Source: Toensbergia leucococca
Taxonomy: Eukaryota
Length of the DNA: 59,795 nt
Direction of reading: 5' to 3'
Assembly (NCBI GenBank): GCA_022813965.1
Contig: JALDZS010000152.1
Coordinates: 1 to 59,795 of the forward strand
The notes under the pieces are model-generated. The model worked only from the letters and a program-made list of their open reading frames with translations, searched no databases and had not been told where the DNA came from. Of this stretch, positions 1-20,572 are shown piece by piece; position 1 is the first letter of the stretch, and each line of letters opens with the position of its first letter. The position numbers were made by a program, and so were the translations under genes.

Positions 1-22
1 CCTAACCCTAACCCTAACCCTA
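1..22. repeat. Telomeric repeat (CCCTAA)n, left chromosome end
   Basis: cctaaccctaaccctaacccta at the very start of the window (~3.7 units of the TTAGGG-type fungal telomere). Confidence 0.9.
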
Positions 23-422
23 CAGAATGCACGTTTTTGTATGCGCGCGTCAATTTTCTCATGCAAATTCACAACTTCTAATATAGCACAGACAGAGACA
101 TAATGATTTTTCTGCACAACAAAAGTGTTTTCTTTTCATTTTTTTATTTCTTTTCTTTTATTCTTAACTAGCGATGAGGGCATTGCTTACTTGCAGAGGG
201 GGGTAATGTTGTGATTTACCCTAGCTTATTAGTGTACACACAGACTAAGGTCAACACAAGAGCTAGAAGTTGATATGCAGGGTTATCAGATGTCACAGCT
301 GTTACTCAGTGACACCCTGCTGAAGACTTATAGCACATTCTTCTTCTGTACTTTTAGATCTTTACCTTTAGTGTTCTATTTAATAGTATCTCTATGACAA
401 GACTTTAGACCTGACTGTGACA
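23..422 (+). mobile_element. Truncated LTR retrotransposon 3' end: PPT plus LTR (207-422)
   Basis: Purine tract agaggggggtaa immediately before TGTTG at 207; segment ends ...ctgactgtgaCA at 422; its 3' end resembles that of the solo LTRs at 42807 and 43340. Confidence 0.6.
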
Positions 423-2493
423 ATAGATCTTTTGATCTATAAGATATTATCTACATGTGAGGGAAGGTCTTAGATATGTATTTTACCTTACTATTATTCT
501 TCTTCTTCTTCTTTTTCTTCTTATTATTATTGTTATTATCATTGTTATCATCAGTTTTCTTCTTCTTCTTATTCTTATTAATTGCTGCAAGATTATTAAT
601 CGTCTCTGACCTTTTAGTTCAGTATTTAATCTGTATATCAGATATATTCTTTATTTATAACTTATGATTCTCACTCTTTTCTACAGCTGAAAATAGTTCT
701 ACTTAATAAAATATTTTGTATATTAATTTCAACTTAATTAAATTCTTATGAAATTCCTTTTATGTCTGACTCACTTATTTTATCAACATCACACATCTTT
801 TAACTACAGTATACTTTTTAGAAGCATACTTCTTATGATGTTTATCATGATGCTTATTAGTAAGATTCTCAATGCACTGCTTGAGAGACTTATTGATCAC
901 TACATTTGAAACCTAAATGAATTCAATATAGCTCACAAAAACACAAAAGAGATAATAATATTCATAAGTCTATACAGCTCATTAATACATGAAGTCTTCT
1001 AAGAAGAAAAGGTATCAAGAGATAGTAATCTTAATCACAGATTTATCTTATTTGAAAGTCTAATAGTAACATACTGATAGTGTTGTTTCAGTCAGTGAAT
1101 TGTAATCTTCTCATTTGTGTAAACTTTTGAATGAAATCATACAATACCTTTTTGATTATATCTCTTTGTCTCAGCTCTTAAAGCTAAGCTGTTGAATTCT
1201 TTACTCTAAAATATCAACAATGACTTACATTAAGATATTTCATCAGCATAAATCAGAACTTGTAAGGTAGCTTGCTGTTTGTCTCATTTACTTCTGACTG
1301 TCTTAATTCATACAGTCTTATCTCCCTTTCTTATATAAGTTTTACCCTTTAGAAACTCAAAGGTTAATGAAGTCTGATTCATGTTAATAATATCACAGAG
1401 TCTAAAGTGTCTTATCATAGAACTATCTTTTAATACAGAAGCAAGAGAAGTAATAGTAAGAGATATCAGCTAAGAGTTCTGATAATTAAACTGCAGTTAT
1501 AATACTATCTTATCATATAAGTCTTCTGATACTGTCTGAGCCTTATGAGTAGAGAATTTAATGAAGGTTTTATGTCATGTTCTGAAATCTTTGAATCAGT
1601 CAGAGAAGAACTTAAAGTCTTTGTATTTGATGATCTAATCTGTGATATCTTTAATGACTCAATTTAGATACAAAGATTTATATATATGCTTTGCATTTTT
1701 AATAAATCAGTGACATTTTATAATATAGCCCTTCTTTTGACGTTTTAGAAACTATTAATAAAGAGAGTCTTTTATAATTAATTTCTGAGCTGTAATATGT
1801 TATCTATTCTTTCTCTTTTCTTTGTTAAGATTCTCAATATTTTTTTATCTCTTTATTCATTTGTTTAACATTGTTGACATTATCTTAAGCTTCTTAGTCA
1901 CCTCATACTTGATGATTAACTTCATAACTTTGTTCTTATTAAACTTTATAAATGTGATAGCATAGATAATAGTAACTAACTTTTGCTCTTAAATATATAA
2001 GACTCTGATTCTTATTTTCTCATCACTTTCATTCTTGAAAGATGAAGGTGATGCAGGCTTTTGCTATAAAGAAAAAGAGAAAGAGTTGATAGTTTAAGCT
2101 TCAAGAACTGAGAAATGAGATAAACAAGAATATTAAATACTCTTGTTAATGAAACTGTCAGGCTTTGATCTCAGTCAATAATAATGAGTAGATAATATAA
2201 GATCTTTTGATTTAATTTATTTTATAGAGAGAGTATAAGAAAGAGTCATAATAAGTGGGTAGATAAGGTAAATAAGATATTAAGGTGTTAAGAAAGTAAA
2301 ATAAGATGTTAGAGAGATTAATAGTGAATTTGATAATTTTCTCAAGTGAATATATTAATCTTACTCAAAGACCTTGCGCAAAGAACTATATATAAGATAC
2401 TACTAATATATAAGATATTACTGACCTATAAGATATGATTTTAAATGACCTTCAGATAATAAACTACTTATAAGGGCTGAATTTTATATAACA
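423..2493 (-). mobile_element. RIP-degenerate retroelement relic (gag-like), with possible LTR at 2286-2493
   Basis: AT-rich, CpG-depleted, stop-riddled coding-like sequence on the minus strand; TGTTA...TAACA-bounded segment with short internal tandem repeats at 2286-2493. Confidence 0.35.
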
Positions 2494-3039
2494 GATTATA
2501 TAGTATATTTAAAGACTATATAACTAGACAGCAATTTATCTTTTAATTACACTTGAAACTCAGACTCTCATTTAAGACTCTTATAATATGTTTAACTTTA
2601 AGAGATTAATATTATTGTTCTATTTAAAGAATTTAAGTCTTTAATATTTTTCTCTCTGCAGAAGTAAGTTACTATTTATTCTTCTTAATCTTTTGTTAAG
2701 ACTAAATTAATTTATTAATTTATCATTATAACATAAAAGAAATTAAGTCACACATCTTAATAAGCAGTGTAATAAAGATCTTTTTATAGATAACAATAGC
2801 TGTATAATACTCATCAATAGCAAGATTTAATTATGTCTCTTTAAATGTCTTTTTTTAAGTCTTAAAAGTCTTTAAAGACATAATAAATCAATAGTGTTAA
2901 AAATGTTAATAAGAGAAAGTATAAGAAGAAATTTTTTTTTAGTGTTTTTAATCAGATTAATGTGTTACAAAGTTAAGTTTACTGCATTGATAGATTATAA
3001 TAAGTAAATATATTAGATTAAAATCAACTCTTTAAATGT

Positions 3040-3359
3040 TTTAATATTAGAGAAGCAGTAAATAGATTAAAATCAGTATTACTATCAATAATTATTAATA
3101 AAAATAAATAAATATTTTATAATAATAATAAATAATGAGGTGAAAATTTAGATTTCAGAGTTAAACTAAGTCTATTTAGACTAAAATTAGATTCATTTAA
3201 AGTGTTTACATTTCAATAACACTTTCTGAAAAAAATACTAAAATAATTAGTTAATTATTAGTTTTACTAATAACTAACTATCTAATAATTAACTATTTAA
3301 TGATTGACTATCAAAGACTAATAGTTAGCTATTTAGTTAATGAATTATTAAAAGCCTTG
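3040..3359 (-). mobile_element. Truncated left end of the hAT-family element, inverted copy
   Basis: Ends in TIR ...attaaaagccttg (3359); 3040-3359 aligns by eye to the reverse complement of ~49198-49530. Confidence 0.75.
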
Positions 3360-4199
3360 TCTGTTACATTAACTCAATGTTTTCTCTCTTTATAAACTTA
3401 ATGTTTAATCTTAAATGCTATGTGAATTGCAATTATGCTTTTTAGTTCTTCTTTAGTCAAGCACTGTTATGAGTTAAACTGTTTAGTGCAACGCAGGTGT
3501 CTTTATTAGTAGAAGAATTTATCTCTTAATCAGTCAACTCTATAAAGTTAAGCAGTTAAATTTTAATAATTTTCTTCATTATTTATTGTTACTTTCATGC
3601 TTTAATGACATCATTTTATAGCTATTATTATGTTAGATTTACCTTCCTTTAATTTTCAATAGTCTATCAATTCTCTTTCTCTTTCTCTTTCTTATTTCCC
3701 TGACCTAAGACATCTCTCACTTCTCTGAATACACTCCTTTTGTTCTCAAAATCCTTTTTTATCTCTGAGATTTCAAATTCTTTTCTGAAAACACTTTCTT
3801 TATTCTTTAAATCCTTTTTTACCTCTAAGGTTCTGAATTATCTTTAAACGCATCTCTTTCTCTTTACCTTTATCTTTGTATGCTGATAATAGTACTTAGA
3901 ATGAAGGTGTCAGAACAGGTGCAGGAGGCTTAAAAGAAGGCTTAAAAGGAAGCGCAAAAGGTACTAAAATGATACAGTAGAACTGAGAAGTTAATACATT
4001 TAAATAGAACACTTAGATAGTCAGTATAAAGGTGATAATTAGTGGTGAAGAGAAATTCATAAAAATCTGACTGCTCAGCTCTATAGGGTTGACTGAGTGA
4101 CAGATTTGATTAATTGAGGGGTAAATCCTTCTAAAACCTGATAAGAGTTTTTACTTACACTTAAACCTCTCTATTAGAGTTGATCATAAAATCTTTGCT

Positions 4200-5069
4200 T
4201 ACCATGAGTGCCTAGAGAGACTTAGACAGCCTGATTCATCAACAGACCGCCAGCAAGTCACAATTTCTGAGCTGAATTTCACTTCTTCTTCTGAAATGCG
4301 CCCTGATGATGTTATACTTCCTGAATGTACGACTTCATACCCTACCCAAGATGACATCGGGTCATCGAACGATTCCTACGACTGGGAACTCCTTTGGCTC
4401 AACGAAAATACCCCTGTGAATGCTATCAATTACAGCAATGATCTGGAACGAGAACTACGGCAGTTGCCAAACATTTGGGCACCGGAGCCTCATGCAGCCG
4501 AATCGCAAATGTCCGAGCAGGCAATTCTCCAAGGCTTCACGTACGAGAAGTCTTGTCTCTCCTCGGGCGATATCAATGGCGATATTCCTCGACCTTGCGA
4601 GCCTGTAAAAACCGGCCTGGGCAGCCCCAGGATAAGCCCGCTTCATACTGCGGCAAAAAGGGGTCATGTCAAAATCGTGCGCCTTTTACTCGAACATGAT
4701 GCCGACTGTGACATACAAGATGACGATGGCCGAACGCCATTGATACATGCTACGGTTGGAGGGTACGCAGAGGTGGCAGGCTTACTGCTATCATACGGTG
4801 CCAGCGTGCAAACTGCAGATCATCAAAGTCAATCAGCTCTTCACTGAGCTGTGATGAGCTGTCATGATCACTTGCTGAACATGCTATTGAAACATTGCAT
4901 AGAAAATAAGATGATAGTCAATGATCTCACTAGAGATAAAAGGACGTCACTACATATCACTGTTGAAACAGACTTCAAAAGCGGTGTGAAGTTATTACTG
5001 AAATCTGAAGCAGATGCGTAGAAAAAAGCTTACAATATTAAAAGACTGAATATACCTTCAGGGCAATAG
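4200..5069 (+). pseudogene. Ankyrin-repeat protein, possibly a bZIP-ankyrin (ToxE-like) cluster regulator; RIP-inactivated and 5'-truncated
   Basis: Ankyrin motifs SPLHTAAKRGHVKIVRLLL and GRTPLIHA; frame continues past TGA at 4845 (ALH-W->stop) and TAG at 5019 into further repeats showing G>A/C>T changes (KRTSLHITVETDF, KSEADA). The bZIP part is not visible. Confidence 0.75.
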
Positions 5070-5474
5070 ATAGCACAGACCAAGTAAAAACAAAGTACAG
5101 AAAGTTTTAAAGCGTCTTTGTGATGAGTCACGGAATATTGCCGGGGAAACAGAGATTCCGCTAGAGAGTATAAATAAGCTGACTACAGTATGTTGGAGCA
5201 TGCTTACAGTACATGTCACGTCTTATGTGACGCTGTACAAGTGAAAAATTCGAAAACGGGTGACACGTGGTTACCTAACTATACAGGTATGAGAACACAC
5301 TTGTGGGAAGGCTGAGGAAGCAGGAGGGGGTGGGGGGGGAAAGGGGTGGTTACGATCTATGCTTGACAAATTCAACTAAAAGGCGTCAGTAAAACATGAG
5401 AGATTGCCAACAGCCATTGGCAAGGACCATCAATCAGCATTCTAGGCTTAGGATCAATGTCAACATAACTATAC

Positions 5475-14060
<8,586 letters not shown>

Positions 14061-14231
14061 GGCGGTTGTTTCAATTATCGGTGTGTAGTCTTTCGTCGGA
14101 ATATACCTTAAGAAGAGGTAGAGGATGTGATTGCCTCTCCCCATGATATTGGTTTGATTTAAGGAATATCTTCGCCTGGTCATCCGCTTGAGTAGCGAGA
14201 ATCCTAGTTAGTTCTCTTCGTCCGATAAGCG

Positions 14232-14353
14232 GAGTCATTCCCAACGGGCGATGACTCAGACATGGCTGGGGACCGAGCACCGACCTCGGACAGGAGAAGC
14301 GGTGAGGCTGCATGAGATCAGCAACGGGTTGTGTTACCGTATGCGTAGACTCA
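14232..14353. promoter_or_regulatory. Candidate Gcn4/CpcA (AP-1-like) sites in the divergent NRPS/SDR promoter
   Basis: GAGTCA 14232-14237, TGACTCA 14252-14258 and GACTCA 14348-14353 within the 611-bp intergenic region. Confidence 0.35.
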
Positions 14354-14671
14354 TCAGTCATGGTACAATGTATGCAAAGTATGTTCCAAGGATGCCGTCG
14401 GCGCTGCAAAGAGCACGACATTAGTCGAGCAAGGTCAATGAACCGCTTTTCCGGATGTCAGCGATTTGGTTCTGGACCAGCTCTGCTCAAACAGAAAGCC
14501 TGAAAGGTTCACACGTGTCAAGTTAAAACGATGCATATAACGCAGGCCTCGAGATTGAGACGCGGAAGAAGAAACTTTCCATATATTTGTTCCGGTTACA
14601 AATCTTCTTGTCTTCGATCTCAACCTTCATTCCTCGCCTTTCTTCTTCCAATATCTTGCAGGCTTGCAGAA

Positions 14672-15572
14672 ATGAGCTCTCTTACCTTGCCGCTAGAATT
14701 ATCCCTCATCGGCAAAAGTGCCATAGTTACTGGAGCGTCTCGTGGTATTGGCACAGGCATTGCCTTGGAGTTGGCCAAACGAGGGGCGAACGTTGCTCTT
14801 GTCTATCGTGCAGACTCCAGTACGTTGCTGGTACAGCACTTGGCCGATGAGATAACGCGCTTGGGCTCAAAAGCTACAACCATCCAGATTGACTTGAACG
14901 AGCTTCACTGCGGGCACACGGTCGTCTCGGCAGCACAAGGGGGCCTTAGCGTTGACAAGATAGACATTTTGGTTAATAATGCTGGCGCTGACACACCTCC
15001 TGCAACATCACAGGAATTCGACCCGTCATTGTTTGAAAAGTATGCACTTCCATCTCGCTGTGACTCAAGGATAAAAGTTAAATTTACTTTCAGGATCATG
15101 AACGTCAATGTACGCGCTCCTCTGCTGTTACTCCAATCTATCCTTCCGCACATGTCTCCTCATGGCGGCCGCGTAATCAACATGTAAGGCCTTCCTTTCA
15201 ACCTTTTATTGAACATGGGGACACTAATCGTGTGGTAGCTCGTCCACTCTCGCACGCTTGCCAGCCGATAATTTAGCAGTATATGCCAGTTCTAAAGCGG
15301 CCTTGGAATGCCTGACGCGCCACTGGGCGTTGGAATTGGGCAGAAGCCATGGAATGACCGTGAACGCCATCGCCATCGGTATTGTAGAGACACATTCCGC
15401 CGCAGTTCTAAGCGCGGAAAAGCGAGAAGCTCTACTACAATTGCCGAGCGCTGCAAGAAGGCTTGGTTCTGTAGATGACGTTGCTCAAATTGTTGCATTC
15501 TTAGCAAGTGACGCAGCTAGGTGGATCAACGGCCATACTCTTGCAGGAAATGGAGGATCTATTTTCTTTTGA
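14672..15572 (+). CDS. Short-chain dehydrogenase/reductase (cluster tailoring enzyme); introns 15040-15093 and 15184-15238
   Basis: TGASRGIG, NNAG, INISS, YASSK motifs in the spliced product. Confidence 0.9.
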
Positions 15573-15748
15573 GTGCGAAGAGCATTGTCAAAGTCCAAAT
15601 ACCTCTTTGAGACCGCACCTTCCATAGATATCGAGCAGCGTATATATTCAGTACTGTATGGTACATATATCTGCATTTGGAATGCATGCCTCTTTCTATC
15701 GAGAAGCAGTCTGATAATGAAAAGCTTGCGATGAACAAAACTTAGTAT

Positions 15749-17717
15749 CTAAGTGCCAACATATATCATCACTGGGACAGCAGTGACAAATGAAAGTAGA
15801 CCCAGGGTCCAAGTCATCGTGCCCCAGCCCAAGTTTGAGAGCATGAAACCCCCCCAGATAGGACCGATCAAGGTCCCGGCTGCGAATGCACAATTATAAA
15901 GCCCGTAGGCTTGAGCATAGGCTCCTCTTCTATCAAAGGCAGAAGGATTCCCTAACTCCTTCTCAGCGACCACATGGGCAATTTCAGCCATCAGAGGTGC
16001 AACCAAAAGGGTGAGGGCGCAGCCAATGAGAGCTAGCAGAGCACATAACAATACGATCTGTTTCAACGAATCATGTGTTACAAACCGCAAAAGCACCAAG
16101 AATGGAAGAGCCATTGCGAAGCCCACGGTAGCGAGCCAGCGCGTTCCGAGCCGGTCAGACAAATACCCTAGTGCAAGAGCTTTAGTCTATTCACAATGAT
16201 ATCCAGAAATTGGATCTTACCAATTGCAGGAGCGAAGAGACTTGGACCAAGAACAGCGATCATAATCGCGCCAGCACTCAAGGAGTTGAATTTAAAGACT
16301 GACACTGTGAACAATGGTAGGACCTATGATACGAGTTCAGAGTCCCCTCATATTGATTGATGGGTGGATTGTGGATACAGTATCGAATGCTGTCAGCAGG
16401 AGGGCTTGGACTAGAATACCCCACAAAGTCGCAAGAAACCGCGGAGATCTCAAAAGTAAAAGAATAGACAAGTGTGCTCCATGGGAAGAGGTCTCTGCTG
16501 CTTCCCTTGTAGGGGGTCTCAAATCCAGACCCAACTGCCCCATTTCGTTGTCATCAGTGTCGTCAGGCCTTGGGACAGTAGGGCATTGTTGAAAGACGTC
16601 AGACGCTTGGTTTGCAGATACTGATATCTCTCGTCGTTGAAGTGTGCTCGTCCACTGTTTTGCGACCCTCTTCTCGATTACTACTAGCCGAAGGAACACA
16701 TCCATCGCAATCAAACCGAAAGCCATCGCAAAGACGGAGTAGTACCCTGAGCGAGCATATACTATACCACCTAACAATGGCGCAAGAATGATGGCGAGAC
16801 TAGTGGATATGGAGATGTATCCCATAGCTCGTCCTATATTGTCTTTTTCAACTGTATCAACAACAAGCGCCAGTCCAACTGTTCTAGTAGCCTTTCAGCA
16901 TCAGCAAAGTACTTATGCAGACATGCAATTGGAGAGGATTGCCGTGGTCATTACCCAACAACCGCTGCAGAAACCCCCTGTAATACTCGGCCAGCAATGA
17001 GCATTGCTATAGAGGTCCCGACACAAAGAAGGGTGGTGGATAGGCCAAGTGCAATTAAACCCAGTACCATGGGAAATCGCCGCGTCGTGGTGTGGTCTGC
17101 AACATATCCAAATACAGCTAAGTGAGTGAGGTTACTTTAGCATATTCATGTCCACTGGATACCATGGGACTTACGAGACATCATCAACAGGGAACCACCA
17201 AAGACCGCAAGGAGTATAGCGACCCAGTACTGCTCTTACGTGGCATGTTCAGAGACGCTAGCTATATGACCCGACTCCCCCGCTCCCAGCTAACTAGAGC
17301 AATGAGAGACCTCATTTGCAAAACTCACTGTCTTGTTCTTGAATGCCAATTCTCTCAGTCAAAGCGAAGGGAATGACAGGGACAATCTTCGCGAAGGGGT
17401 GTCGATGCATCAGTAGCTGAATATGACCTCGTCTGGGGTCATGGTTGGCTCACAATACCGTAGAGAAAAATATCCTAGGGAATCTCCAAATCAGCAAAAG
17501 TCCACGTGCCAGGTCACGAACACTGAAAGCTCACTGTAAACCAGGCCATGGCCACAACCGCCAGTATGAAGTTCTGCCTGGACCTGAACTGCCACAGGAC
17601 AGGTGGCTTTGGTCTATAAGTAGCGTCTAGGGTCCGCAGACGGCGAGGCAGCACGATAGCACGTAGAGTCATAGGCATACTCCTTGACATTGTATGAGCG
17701 TGAGTAAAATACAACAT
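15749..17717 (-). CDS. MFS transporter, DHA1/vesicular-amine-transporter-like, multi-exon (start at 17717 or 17690)
   Basis: Hydrophobic exons with FRSRQNFILAVVAMAWFT, SDRLGTRW, APLLGGIVY, AYAQAYGLYNCAFAAG...GP. Confidence 0.85.
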
Positions 17718-18693
17718 GGGTCAGAGAGAGCTTGATAAGCATGACATTGCGATGCGTGGAAATAGTAGATTGGCTCGTTGTTGAGTGTGATTTGTGGGAC
17801 GCTTTCAAGTGGAAGAACTGACGTCCATTTAATCTCTCGCATGGCTGCATTAGTGCCGGCTATTATACGAGGTGACGAGTAAGGTACTGCCTGAGCCGTG
17901 GCCGCCCATGCCGCCCATGCCGCATTTTGTACTCGCGCATATAGCTAGCTAGGTAGCTAATTATGAACGAGTCCAATCATCTAGCTCGCCAAGGTACGAG
18001 GGTACCTGTTCTAACTTCACTCTTTGCTGATCTACCTATTTCTCCGGGTGGGCTGCCACTTAATGACTTGCACAAGCTTGACACTAGCTAGCACTGCTAT
18101 CATGTGGCCGCCGTCCTCTTGGCACCATCCAGTAGAAAGATTCGTCATGCATCTCATCCGCAAGGAAATGATTCCGGATCAATCAGACAGACCAACAGGA
18201 GTGACCATCTTCTTCACGTGGCTGACGCGTCAGCTTTCAATTCCCGCTTCCCGCAGTCCTTGATTCCATAATCTCCGTCCGTCTGCCATGGTCAAAATTT
18301 GCAATTGGCATCCTTGAACTGAGGGATTCGTCTCACGTACCATCTGCGCTAAAATCCCTCGGATGTTAGGTAAGATACGTCGGAAGATGTACTGTACGTA
18401 GCCTAGCGGATCATGGTACCTGATCCCACCATAAGTGGGCAGCTGGGGGGTGTGGGGAAAGAGGGATTCAGCCCGAACGCTTCCGATCGGAATTGATGAG
18501 TTTACTGGGCCAGATTGAATTATCAATCAAACTGCGGCTTTCAATGTAACGAAAGTGTGGTTTATTTACACGCACAAAAACACGCTGGGAGAGTAACCAG
18601 AAAGACGGTCCCGTCCCTTCGTCAAAGTGAGCATACAAGAAGCATCGTTGATGGAATGCAGCAGCTTGAAATGATCCTCGATTGGTGCAGCGC

Positions 18694-19879
18694 TCAATTT
18701 GGGACTCTGTTTTTTTGGCCAGTGAGAACCCAGCTATCGTCATTCTTGTGAGTTTCAAGTCGTAGCATACCAAACTTTCGCTGTAACCACTCGCCGCTGG
18801 TGAACACATCAACCCCAGGTTCTCTGGCGGGGAATAAGTTGCTCTCAAGACCCGTCATTAGTGTTTTCTCCTCAGCACGCTGTAAGTATGCAAACGAGTA
18901 TCGAAGTGGCATCGACTGTCCCGGAAGAGGTCCCACCCGATGAAGACAGGAGTGCAGATATCCATTAGTTAATAACGACATACCATCTCCAAGATTGACG
19001 ATGGCGCAGTCGGCCTTTGGCTGGACCCATTCCCACTGCCCAGATACTGGAGAAATGACTTGTAACCCAGGCTGCCGAGTAAAAAGAAAAGTGAGGCTAC
19101 CCATGTCAGTATGTGGTGTGTGACAGATACCATGTTCTTCTGCAGGCTGAGCGTGATACTTCAGGAGCCGAATAATGTCGGGGGAAGGTGTATCAGGCTT
19201 GTGAAATTTCTCAAATCCTTCATCCGCAGGTAGACCAAGCGAGTGGGAAAGGGTTGAAAGTAAAACAGTCGAGACATCATTGATGGCGATTGTGAAGGCT
19301 TCCAACGTACGCATCCGCTTGTCGATAACAGCCGGCCGAACAAAGTTAACAGGATCGACTAGCCCCTTTATGTTGTTCTTCGAAATCTTGTAGAAAGCAT
19401 CAGTTGAGCTCACAGCATCCATGAGGAACGATGCAGAGGATCGTGAGTGATTATACCGAATAAGTCTCAAATCCATCGAGCTTTCCTTTGATGCCTCCAA
19501 AATTACGTCCCAAAGGTTTATATCTTGTCAAACGTTAGTCAGGATCATTTCGATAGATGTTGGTTCAAATGCCCAGCGGGGATACAAACCCATTGAGTTT
19601 CATCTTGGAGAGCTTATCCACATCATACCGGAGCTTTTCTTGCTCCGGGAGATTGAACAATTCCTCTTCCAATCTATAAATATCCTCCGCCACGTCGTGA
19701 ATGGCGCTCTTGGTATGTTGGAAATCTAGGTAGAAGAAGCCTTCCTTTCGGCAAGCCGTGAAGAGTTTCTCTGCCTCAGCCGCATTGCCTGCTTGAAGAA
19801 GATCTAGGCAAATTGTTTGTAAGGTAGCGACTGAGACATTCGAAAGAGGCTCAGAGCTCAGTTCTCCATCCAGAGACAT
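18694..19879 (-). CDS. 2-oxoglutarate/Fe(II)-dependent dioxygenase (IPNS-like fold), two introns
   Basis: ACRKEGFFYL N-domain; HTD (HxD), distal HRV, and RYS 2OG-binding motif. Confidence 0.92.
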
Positions 19880-20572
19880 TTGGAAGTAATATTAAGAAGG
19901 CTCTTTTTCGGTGAGCGCGAAATTTGTGGGGACAACAATTCAATTTTGGGGGTATTGATGACAGAAGTCACAGGCTGCTCGCAGCTCTTGAAGTATTAGA
20001 AATGGGTGAGAGAGATAGGAAATAGTGTCGAGGTCCAATTCAATGAAAAATACAGGAATTCCTGGGACATTCCTTGATAAAACAGTAATGGCAGAATTAC
20101 CAGAAGACTAACAAGGATTCATAGATGATTGAGCGGCATCAAGCTACCGCCATTCCCATATCCGTCATAAGCATCCCTAACACGCACAGATCTTGGACAC
20201 AGTCATCATCTGAACTTCAACCACTAGGATTCAGGAGCGAAATAGCCATGCAGGGGCTTAAGGAGCTTGGAGCTCCGACAGCGGAGTGATGCATTGGCAT
20301 AATGCAAGGAGCAGGATGAGGAAATCCAGGGATTATGCGTGTGCTGAGACTGCTGATGCTTATAGCGTGAAGATCGTCCACGATTAGACAATATGAAAGG
20401 CTAAGGTTTTGAAATCCTCTTGGTGATATCTGCAGATAATGGCTCTTCGGGGAACACAGCTGCCATGTCAGCTGCTCCGCGGGAACAGCATTGCGTAATT
20501 GTTGAATTCCGTCAATCTCCGGAAAGCCTGGCCAGGTTTTACATCCTATGAGTCTCACAACAGTTTTCCAGC

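Noticed and set aside
476..667. 63-aa F/L-rich ORF as a membrane peptide
   Set aside because: Antisense of a low-complexity tract in mutated transposon DNA
5324..5350. G-rich run (also 34238-34260) as a G-quadruplex element
   Set aside because: Short G tracts are common in fungal intergenic DNA; no supporting evidence
14061..14183. Upstream ATG (14183) as NRPS start
   Set aside because: ATG at 14060 has a good context (accgccATG) and NRPS-like sequence begins after it; the upstream ATG is not formally excluded
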